A DNA stretch of 60,304 nucleotides, from positions 1-60,304 of the forward strand of contig JYFJ02002256.1 of NCBI GenBank assembly GCA_000934665.2. The letters are read 5' to 3'. The position numbers and the translations under genes are program-made. How positions within the stretch are numbered: position 1 is the first letter of the stretch; each line of letters begins with the position of its first letter. This DNA is from Catajapyx aquilonaris (lineage: Eukaryota). Below the pieces are notes generated by a model, which worked only from the letters and a program-made list of their open reading frames with translations, was not told where the DNA came from and searched no databases. Shown in pieces: positions 38,501 to 50,500 of the stretch.

Positions 38501-41500
38501 ATTCGTAACAAGGAACCGGTCCCTCCTGGAACCGCTCAGGCTCTTCCTATGTAGGTGAAGTCTGAGTGGCTCACCTATCCGAAAAAAATCTCCAAAAAAG
38601 GCCTCATTTTCGGCCATTTCCAGATGTTTGCGATTTTCTCCCTCATCATAGTATTGAGCAATAAGGCTGATTTTTTATAGGCAGCATTAAGGAATAGTTG
38701 AGTACATCTGGGATTATTTTCACCAAGATCCGAGGCGGTCTAACAACATTTAGGCCCACTTGATTCGGAAAGACCCCTAGTAAACCGTCCAAAGTTTTAA
38801 AACACTATATCTCAAATACTGTGGGTGATAGAGCAAATCTGTTGCCGGATTCGGATTCAGCACCCCAAAATCCATAAAAAGCACATAAAAGTTTTCAAAT
38901 GAGCGAATGTGAGTGTTTTTTTTTGCAGAACAGTGTTAATTATTTGATTATTTTAAAATAATCATTGATTATTGCCTACCCTGGTACATACATCCTCCCC
39001 CTTAAATGCAAAAGGGTAACATGGGGTAAACAAACAAACATTCCTACCTCACGCCTGGAAGTGTGTGTGGTTCCACTGACTGCATGTGGAAAAGTGCACG
39101 GGGAGAGAGGCATCATCTTCCCCTACATGTGTCCAACATCACCGCGAAGTGTCTAATGCCGAGTGGGCAGATTCTGAATTACAGCATGAGTCCCAACTGT
39201 TGCTCGGACTTCGCGAACAGTCCAATATTTCTGGGCACATGCTGTAATTCTTCACGGGAGATTGCCCTACGGCATGTGTCCAATTTCAGTAGACATTTCA
39301 CGAAGTGTCCAATTTTGCTATGGGGCTACGACATATGTAAGAAAGTTAAAGACGTCAGATCAAATGCCATGACAGTATGCTTGTATATCTGGTGATTGGT
39401 TATGTCATGGTTAGATTATATTATTCTGGCTTTTCAAAGCTGTTTTATTGCATTGATTATGGGTAATTTTTAGCTCATCATTTGGGTTAACTGAGCCTCT
39501 GGCTTAAGGCCGATTGTAGCCCCTTTGGTAGGGTCAAACTCTGCCACGAGGTGGCAGTAGTTTTGGCCTATCTTATAACATGGTGTGCAGAGGCATTTGT
39601 TTTGGCCTTTTTCTCCTTTATAACACAACCTAGAGACATGGAATCTTCGCGCACAGAATGACGTTTCACAAAATTGTCTAGTTTACCCAGATATTTTTTA
39701 AGTGTCTTGGTTTTTTATTTGACGCCGATATGAATTTTTGGATAAACTCGACAAATTGCCCCTTTCCACACCCAAGAAGGTATATGGTTGCAGGGGAGGG
39801 GGTCAGCGAGGGGGGATAAGGGCCGGTTTTGGGACACCCTCATTAAATTTACAACCTACAACCCCGCATCCCGAATGTTGGGATCATTCGTTCCAACTGA
39901 AGTGAGCCGAAATGTTTCTGGGCCTGCGCAGGATTTTGGTAGGAAAAAAATCACGTGAGTACAAACTTCAGGCATAACCCGAAATATCAAGTTTCAGACA
40001 AATTATTGCGCAAAACTGTGTGGAGGGAGGGAGCGTGGGCGCTCCCAAAAATTTGGAGGGGGCTGAAAATGAACTATTTTTTGGCGCATTTTTTCCAGTT
40101 AGTGGTTCCAAGTGGTCAAAACCCATACAACATCATGATGAAAAGAAATAGAAAGACGAGGAGAATGAAACTTTGTAATAAGTTTTTCTCATAAATGTAA
40201 CCATAATGTGTGTGGCATTCCATCGGTCATGTGTCCAATTTTGGTGCTCCAAAAATTCGCCAAAAAGGGCTTATTTTTACCCCCTTCCAAAATTTCGGGA
40301 GAACCCCTCCAAACGGTATAGCACAATATGGCTGAAACATAATATTAACTTTTTTATGGCATAGGTGTGCACTTCTGTGATTTTTCCAGCAAAATCCGAC
40401 ATGGTCCAGTCAGGGTAGGGTGGTGGAAAAGGGTCAGAGGCGGGGAAAGGGAGGCCCGGAGGGATGGGGAAAGAATAGACTGGTTTTCTTTCACCGTATT
40501 CGCCCTGGCCTAATGTGTCAGAAAAGGTTCCAATTGTCCATCGAGTCATGCATTTCAAACACTAAAAATGCAACTTTGAAATTAGTAAATCACCGCACCA
40601 ATCGAATGTAGCTTATCCTGCAGCAGACAAACTTTGGACTTCTGACGTTTACATTGCATGACAGAGATTTACAGCAATAACGGTTGTCACTGCCTGTCGT
40701 CAAAATCTCACTTTAGTATACATATTAGATTTTTTTTTAATTTTTTACGAAGCGCCCAGGTCCACTGGCAGGGGAACTGTGAGGAGAGGTGCAAAGTGCA
40801 ATTCCACAGGTCGTTTTGTGAGTGTCCCCCCCCCAGGTGGCTATTCTCCAGAAATCCCAGGAAAAAGGGGCGAGAGATGGCAGGTGGGGGAGGGGGTTGT
40901 AAATGATACAAGGGGTCTCAAAGAAAACAGGTCCTTCCCCCCTTCTCTGACCCTTCCATTTCACGCCTGATTTCACGCCGCAACCTGACCTTCTAGGTTC
41001 TGAATGGAAATATGTTGGGCTGCTCGGAAATTAGTCCAGTTTTCATATTGGCGTCAAATAAAAAACCTAGACACTTAAAAAATATCTGGGTAAACTAGAC
41101 AATTTTGTGAAACGTTGTCGTTCTGTGCGCGAAGATTCCATGTCTCTAGGTTGTGTTATAAAGGAGAAAAAGGCCAAAACAAATGCCTCTGCACACCATG
41201 TTATAAGATAGGCCAAAACTACTGCCACCTCGTGGCAGAGTTTAACCCTACCAAAGGGGTTACCAACTCCTTCCCACTGTGTATATGATAAATTTGCATG
41301 TACAGGGTGGACGGAAAGTTTTGGACCCCCCCAGGTTTTTTAACCCTACTTTTCACAGCGTCTTTTCACATCTTTTAAAAGTCCACAAGCAGTTCTAATG
41401 TACACTATCTTTTGAAGCATAATCTTGAGAACATCTGAGCACCTTCGCTCTTGCAATTCCATTAATAACTTCGCCTCTGTGACTCATCTAAACATCCTAT

Positions 41501-44500
41501 CTGTTTTGCGTTTACTTTGCTTGTTGCCTTGGAGGACCCCTGGTCATATTCTGCCTCAGATAAGGTTTTTATGACCCTTTTCCATGAGTTCCCCTTCATA
41601 CAAATGTTGTGAACTCACTCCTGACCTTATTTTTTGCATTGGTCCATAACCTGGTCCAATAAAAATTTGAAAAGGAATGCATTAAATGGCGGACCCGGAT
41701 GCATTACTTTCGAATTCTCACATTAGTACCATCACATTTGTCTCCATTTTTACTTTCAAATAATTTTTTTGTGGGAAAAGACAGTAAACAGTCCTACCTT
41801 GGTAAATTAATCAACATGACACATCCTTTCGTTCACGTCCTTTCGCACCAAAAAATTATTTGAAAGTAAAAATGGAGACAAATGTGATGGTACCAATGTG
41901 GGAATTCGACAGTAATGCATCCGGGTCCGCCATTTCATGCATTCCTTTTCAAATTTTTATTGGACCAGGTTATGGACCAATGCGAAAATTAAGGTCAGGA
42001 GTGAGTTCACAACATTTGTATGAAGGGGAACTCATGGAAAAGGGTCATAAAAACCTTATCTGAGGCAGAATATGACCAGGGGTCCTCCAAGGCAACAAGC
42101 AAAGTAAACGCAAAACAGATAGGATGTTTAGATGAGTCACAGAGGCGAAGTTATTAATGGAATTGCAAGAGCGAAGGTGCTCAGATGTTCTCAAGATTAT
42201 GCTTCAAAAGATAGTGTACATTAGAACTGCTTGTGGACTTTTAAAAGATGTGAAAAGACGCTGTGAAAAGTAGGGTTAAAAAACCTGGGGGGGGGGGTGT
42301 CCGAAACTTTCCGTCCACCCTGTATATGTTATAGTCAATGGGTTTAACCCATGTGTTTTGTAAAAGGACCAGGCACTGTATAGAATGCCCAATCTTTTGG
42401 GCAGTGTGCATAATGCCCTTAACAAGTGTCGGTCAATGTATAAAATGTCCGGTCATTATACAGAATGCCTAGAGGGTGGTGGTCAATGTATTGAATTGCT
42501 CTGACAAGGAAATTTCAAAAATGTGCTTTTTATTGAGACAATAAATCCCTTAGTCATAATCAACATACAGGCATTATAATCAGAGTTAATCACATAGGTT
42601 TTGTCCTCCATGCCCAATGTCTACATGAGTCCGATGTAAAATATCAAACATTTCGTCTTGATGAACAAAGTACAAGACGGGTTTTGATTACTCTGTAATA
42701 ATTCGTTTGATTAGTTTCTCCTTACCAGCAATGTTCACAAGGTCAAACCGTTCCAAAAGCCAGTAGTGTGTGGGAAGTTTTTCCCCTTATTATTGCTCGA
42801 AACTTATCAGTGCATTTTCTAGTGTCGAAGTGTTACAGAATGGTAAAACATGGTAATTTCCTATTATTTGTTGGACCTTGTATAACCAAGTATCTCATGC
42901 TATTGCAGCGGAACAAGTGTGACAATGGCAACATCTTCATCAGCTGTGACAACAAGGAGTGTGCCTCCTTCAGGGCCTGCAAGTGGCCTGATGTCAGACG
43001 AGTTTTCTTCTTTTGGGTCTTCATGGCCATTCTCCTCCTCCCCACCAAGTCTCCCTCCAAAGAGAAGACGATCCTTGGTTAGTACTGCTGCCCTACCTCC
43101 CACTAATGAAGATGAAGTAAAGGAAGCAGGAGCTGCTGTGGTGACTACAGGGAGTGAAAGCAGTGGGGTGAGTGGGATGGTGGGAGGAGCGGCTGTTGCT
43201 ACTGCTACTGCTACCACTCCCAGTGCCACAGGAGGAAGCATAATCCCCAATGGAAGTGGGTCGGAGTGTACTGAGCATGGTGGTGAAAGGGATTTGGAGA
43301 AGAAAAGAAAGAAGGGCACCTCACCACCCGAGGCAGAAGGAGGGGGGTTGGGAGTGAATAGTAGTGGGGAAGAGGAAGCTGGGAGAGGAGAGGAAGATGA
43401 AGATGAAGAAGAGGAATGGAACACTCTTTTGGAACTGGATGTATCCCATCGCCTAATGCTCAAGAAGCCTGAAGAGGAGGGACCAGAGATTAGAGGGGGG
43501 ACACCAAATACCCTCATTGTCCATGCCACAAAGGCCAACAGGAATGGTTAGTTCCACCTTGAATTTAATTTGATGATATGCTCACCTTTCACTGGGTGCT
43601 CACCTCTGCCAAATTTCACTCTTAATTCTATCACCTTGCTTTCAAACTGTCAGTCAGAAGAAAGTATTTCAGGAGCAGGGCTGTAAACCACACTGCCATT
43701 TTGTTAAAGAGTAACACTTGATTAATATTGCTGCACCAAGATGGTTTGGAGCAGTTGGTTCACACTTACCTTCTGATACTTAATGCATGGCTACCCTGGG
43801 CGCAAATGTTGCTGTTATTTTGTCGAGTAATTTTATAGCGGACCTTTAGTTGCATGTACTGCTTTTTTTTAATGATTGGATTTTCACATTACACACATTG
43901 AATGGCAGCACTGAGAATTCATGTTACAGATATTGGTGATGATACAGAGAATTAGTTTTACATATTTTAGAGCTGTGGTTGGTTCTGCTAATTTGTTTTA
44001 AAAATATCAGAAATACTGTATACAGGGTGTAAATGAAATAAGTGCACGTTTTTTGTGAAATTATATTCCATCAGACAGTGACATCACAAACGCGTCAAAC
44101 TGTGGTAACTATAGTGACCACCATGGTAACCAAACTACAGCAACAGTTGTTCCATGGTGGTCACCATAGTTACCGCAGTTTGACGTGTTTGTGATGTGAC
44201 TGTCTGATGGAATAACTGTTGTGGTAGTGTGGTAACCATGGTATTACTGTGGTTACTGAGGGTATCCCGTGTTTGTATGACACATGACAAACTCTCGCTT
44301 TCTGACATAATGACTTGTCTGGGACACCAAGTGTATTGGCAAAAAAATGTGTCCTCCGAGCCACTCAACGGCTGGTTGTTTATCAGTAGAGAACGGATTT
44401 CTAGGTTTTTACCTACTTTTTCTTTTGTAGGCAGAACACCGGAACCAAAATATCTATCCGTTTCATAACACAAGGACCTCAAAAATCGTAGTTTTATAGA

Positions 44501-47500
44501 ACCTAAAAATGCCTATTTCGGGTTTTGGGACCTAAATGGCCTATTAGCACCTATTAGTGCCTATTTCGACCTTTTTCACGCCATTCGGTAAGATTTTTGA
44601 GAGTTCTGCAGGTTTTCCATTCGAGGAATCCCTCCCACTTCAACCTGTGACGAGAGAAGAAGCGGATGATGGGTAAGATCCCGGGAAATATGCCGTTAAC
44701 CGTTATTGCGACTCGAAATAACTGTTATTAATAGCCGTTAAATAAGCTGCTACATTCGGCCCGACGGCTTTTCTATCTGCCATATTGGCTCCCCGTGAGG
44801 GAGGATCGCCGAAAAGCTGCGATTAACCACCGAAAATATGGAATAACTACTAGTTTGTTACTGTGCTGCAAAATTCCCTTGTGTAGAAATTAAAATAAAT
44901 TAGAACCAGCCTGATTTATAGTGCCTATTTAAGAGCCTATTTTGACTGTTTTCAGGGCCTAAATGCCTACCTATTTGAGGGTTTTTTAGAACCTAGAAAT
45001 CCGTTCTCTATTTATCAGCTTCGCAAAAAACACTCTCTTATTTCATTTACACCCTGTATATAATGAGCTGGTTTTACAGGGTGAAGGGAAACTTGCGTAC
45101 AATCGCCAGGTAAACTTATAGTACTCGCAAAAGTAATATAGGAATGTGCAATTACTTTTGGGCTCCGTTGCATAGATATTGCGTACAACACCATCAAAGT
45201 TTCGTGACCGGTTCCGTTCCGCCAGATACTAAGAAGCAAAAGTCTGCTGGAGGGCCTCCGAACAATCCAGCATTGGGTCCGTAACACATCAACCATGTGA
45301 AATAGGTGATCAAATCCTGTCAGAATAAGAATCCGGGTATGACAACCATGTACTTTGTCGTTTTTGCCTCGTATTTTACAATCCGGCCATCTACACTTTA
45401 AAGGCACCGTACGCATTAACTATGCAACGGAGCCAAAACCTAATTGCACATCCCTATATTAGTTTTGCGAGTACTATAAGTTTACCTGGCGATTGTACGC
45501 CAGTTTCCCTTCACCCTGTATACTTACCGTATTACCTCACATAAAGCGGCATGCCGGTGTAGGCGAGGTCGACCAGTTTTTAGAAATGCACGATCTGGTG
45601 GCTATACCGGCATGCCGGTATAGGGCGAGGTATGCTGGTATAAGGTGAGGTTTTCACATAAGTTACATTATCCTTTCTGAACTTGACATTTGCCTGAAAA
45701 TCGAAATTCACGTAAAGGCTATCGAAAAGGCGCATTTTCCAAATAGGATACCCGTACCATATATTGTTTTCAATTGGCAATCATCTCTATTTAAACAGTA
45801 TGTTAGAGCAGGGGGTTCCCCTGTCAAAGAAGGCTGCCGATAGGATTGGTCATACACTCTACATTTTTCAAATGCACTGTGCAGCAGAACTGATGTATTC
45901 TCACAGCATGTACACTTGCCAATTTTCATTGTAAGTTATTTTAGTACGGTACCAGAAGCATTCCAAAAAATTTGGCACGATTCAAAATTACAGAAATCCA
46001 CCTCGGTTATTGCGGCCACCCCCAGGTTATACCCGCATGCTGGTCGACCTCGTTTTATGCCGGCATGCCGCTTTATGTGAGGTAATATGGTATTTGTTAG
46101 TGAAGTTCAGTTATGGACTATCAACTGTTAAAACTATCATTGGGGGCACAACATGCATATCTTATAAGTGTTGAACTCAGTTCATGCATACTGAAACTTC
46201 ACAATACAGACCCTAAGACTTACACGATTTCAGATTAATATTCCTTATTGAAGTGTTCCTCTTTCTGAGCTAACGTTTATATCTTAAGGTAATATATTTG
46301 TTCAAATGTGACCTCTTATCCTTCTTTGCTTTGCTCATTTGATGCTTTAGAGGATGCAGAGAGTGGTGAGTATAGGATGTTATTAAACATGTGTTGCATG
46401 CAACCATTGGTCATTTGATGTACTCCAAGAGCCTGAAGATGTTCATCTAAGTTTTCGTTACACCACATTGTGTTGTCTTGTTGAATTATGTGCAGTTAAG
46501 GGTTGTAGGCAATGTTGAGTAGTATAAGTACCGTATTAATGTAGTGTGGCTTTTGATTGTTTTATCTTTGTGAGCGTGCAAAAAAATGGGGTTTAATAGG
46601 GATTTATACAGGAGAATATTTGTGCATGAATTTACTGAATTGTCCATGTAAGTTTCAAGTACCTGAGGTGATATTGTAGAAAAGCATTTTTAACAGAAGA
46701 GGTAGGATAGTTATTTTCTAAAAACACTGAAATATGCATGTAAATGTTCTCCAAAATTTGTCTTTTGCTTTCCAATATTTTGCAAAAATTCCATGGCATT
46801 CTATGGATTTTTGATAGCGCATTGTCTAAAGCAGTGGTTTCCAACCTTTTACCAACTGCGACCCCCTAAACATGTTTCCATAAATGTGCGCCCCCCCCCC
46901 CCCCCCCCCCCNCCCGGCCCCTTCTACAACTGACCCATTTCCAGAAAACATACATTCTGTGCGGCCGCAAAAATTGTTCAATTTACACAGAAATGGCAAA
47001 AAAAACAACAGTTGAACAAGGTTTCTTTGAGGCTTTATCTTACCAAGATATTACATTTGGGTCAGAACAGGATTGTGAGTCTGGGTTGCAGTGAGGTTTA
47101 GACATAACTATATTTACTAGACTATTCAAAAGAATGTATTCAAGTTTGGTAACTGTGAGTTTGTGACATTGGTTAAGCATATTTCTTTGTGTGTCTTCCA
47201 TAGTTACAAGCCTCTGTGTTTGTCCATTACAGAGTTCCTGTACCAGGAGGCATTTCTGACAACGTTTCGCACATTTGTGGCTCCCCTTGAATTGATACGG
47301 CGCCTCTTATTTCGTTATGAACGTCTGAGTGGGACACAGGATGTACTGCGGCAGAGAGCAGCCAGGAATGCATTTGCTCTGCTGGTGCGTGTGGTGGATG
47401 GTTTGTGTGCAGGAGAGGTGGAGCAAGAGGTGGGGGTGCAGCTGACTGGATTCGTAGCCCAGCTTCTAAGCCGGGGTGACCTGGTGCAGGCCAAGGCTTT

Positions 47501-50500
47501 GAGACGGACGGTGCTGGCCAAATGGGAGGAAAGGGAGAAGGAACGTGCTGCCCCTTCATCCTCATTGCCCTCCCTCCCAGTCTGCCTCCATCCAAGGAAG
47601 CAAACTATTTTGGATTTTAAGGCTGAAGCATTAGCGGAACAAATGACCCTGTTAGACTCGGCTCTCTTCAGGGCCATCCCACCATCTGAAGTGCTCCTGT
47701 GGGCTAGAGCTCAATCTGAGGAGCGTTGCCCAAATCTTACCAGATTTACAGAACACTTCAACAAGGTCAGTTTCCTATGTGTCTTGGTAACTTCTTTCTT
47801 TCATGTTACACAGGAAGAACTGTTGTTGTAGTTAATAGTATTGAAAAAAATGTTTTCATGCTCCTGGCAATTATACACACACCAGTAAAGAAATCAAGCT
47901 CATTTTATTTTGCATGGAAATGGTTATGTTATTATGAGGAGGAGGTGAAGGTCAATTTTAATTTCAAAACCAAAGCTGTTTTTCTGGCATTGAGAGGGCT
48001 GGTAGTGTCCAGTTGCCAAAAATAACTTACAACTGAAGCCTTTTTGGCAAAAACAATTCATGTCAAAAATGTAACTTTTCAGGTGAAGGAAAAAACATTT
48101 GCAGGTCCACAATTGAAAGCTTTATTGGTATGTTCCTGAAGACATATGCACTACATGATTATGTGCAACAAATAAATGACATTTCCACTGACTGTTGAAA
48201 TTGGGAGGTGTGGTGGTGGAGATGGTAACGTCTCTGCTTGCTGAGTGAAAGGCCCCAGGTTCGATCCCCGCTTGGGGAACTTTCCTTTCACATGCGTCAG
48301 GAGGGTCTCTGACCTACACCAAGGAGGTGTCTGGCAACCTAACCTCCTGGGGAACAGCACATGGCCCAGAGGTTTCATGACATTGCACCTGCACAAGTGT
48401 CCCCTCCCCAACAATCCCTATCCTTTCCCAATGTCCCTGTTTCCTTGCACCGGAGAAAGAATCTGGAAAATATAGAAAACTGATGGTGCTGTGCCACCCC
48501 CCTATAGATCCCGGAAGCGACATCACAGGGTAAACAAACAAACAAAAAAAGAAAAAGAACAAAAAATACTGTTGGAAATAACTGACAGAAACAAAAATTA
48601 TAAACAAAATAACAAGTGCTGTTATTTTGTAAGTAGGAAATTTTCAAGGGCTGTAGACATGTTGAATGACCTCAATAAATCTGGATGCATATTACTACTA
48701 ATGATTATTAATATCCAGGTGAGCTACTGGGCCCGTTCCCGCATCTTGGAGAGAGAGGACGCCCGGGACAGAGAGAGGCATGTGGCGAAGTTTGTGAAAT
48801 TGATGCGCCATCTACGCAGAATCAACAACTTCAACTCCTACCTTGCCCTCCTATCTGCCCTGGACTCTGCTCCTGTGAGAAGGCTGGAGTGGCATAAGAA
48901 CATCACAGATGGGCTAAAGGAGTACTGTGCTCTCATTGACTCATCATCATCCTTCCGGGCCTACAGGCAGGCCCTGGCTGACACACAGCCACCATGCATC
49001 CCTTACATTGGGCTTGTGCTGCAGGACCTCACTTTTGTGCACATTGGGAATCCTGATGCTCTCCCTTCCAATCAAAAAATGGTCAACTTTGCCAAGAGAT
49101 GGCAGCAGTTCAACATACTTGAGAACATGAAGCGATTCAGGACCTGGTCAGTTTCTCACTCTAATCACATTTGTGTTTTCAGATGTACAAGATGAATGCT
49201 GAGAATACGAGATTGAAGTTAACTTATGTTATACTCATTCTAATTGAAGGGTTCATATGAAAATAAGTTGTTCAATGCCTCTTGGATCCAACAGTGGCAT
49301 ACTCGGAGGCACAGACTAATGGGGGATTGCAGTACAGTGGAGCATCAATTATCCGAATACCTATCAACCGAAGCATCGTTAACCGAAAGTGTTCGAGTCG
49401 GCAAATTCAAATTTGTGCGCGAGATTTAGCTGCTAAAAATGAGTCTCAGCTCTGAAGCAAAAGAAAATACATATGTATTGGGCTTCTTTTCCTAAACAGT
49501 AGGCCTACTTTAACCCTAATAAGACAGGTGGTTTTTCGCGTTTTTGCAAGTATCTGCAAAAAATTCGCTTTCGTTGGGACTTAGGGGATGAGACTTCAAA
49601 ACACTAGTGAATAAGATCGTATAGTGTCCAGGCTTGATCCTGAGGCCATCTATGTGACCCTCCTCTCATGCGTACGCAGTGGAAACTCTCATATGTACAA
49701 CAAGGTGGCGTAGAGGGTTAAGTTTCGCACCTACTCCAATTTTTTGTCACTCTGTCTGCTTGACAAAAAATTATCTGTATGTAGCCTTGGCATCGCTGAA
49801 CGAAGCAGTACATAAACACATAGCATGAATTACGGCACACACGCTTGAGCGAGCTGCGTTGATAAACACTCACGAGTATAAACATCCTTGAGCCACAGCT
49901 ATTCAAAAACGTCACGGAGCATGCGCCCCTCGAGCCATACAGAAGCCGGCGTTGAAGTGCGCAGACTCCCGGCAGCTGCTAATTGGCATTTACGAACATA
50001 TTTATGTATTTTAAAACTATTAAATCATCTTTTGCACTAATTTTAGGGTGGAATTTCTTGAGGAAATTTGGGGGCAACTATGTATGCCGAAAATTTGCCG
50101 GTCAGGGCCTTTTTTTTGTTTTTTTAAAAGTTTTTTCAGCTGAGCGGCCGCCAAAAGATGATTTCATTCAAGTTAATCTGGTTAATCCGGTTTATTTATG
50201 CACGATTTTGTAGTACAAAACTCGCGTTTGTTTATGCGAGAGAAAATTAAAAAAGCCACACAGAAACCACGTTACATAGTGGGAAAACGCTAAAGCCACT
50301 GTCACAGCATATGTGACACCATCTTATTAGGGTTCATGTATGTAGTGTACTGTATACTACTTTATGTATGGTATATGTATTTTTAAGACGTGACTGATAC
50401 AAAATATACAGTTTTGTGTTTAATATCACTATTTCTTTGTTTCATATTGCTCCTATGACACCTGTACAATTTACCCCCGTAAATGATCAGTTATCCGGAC

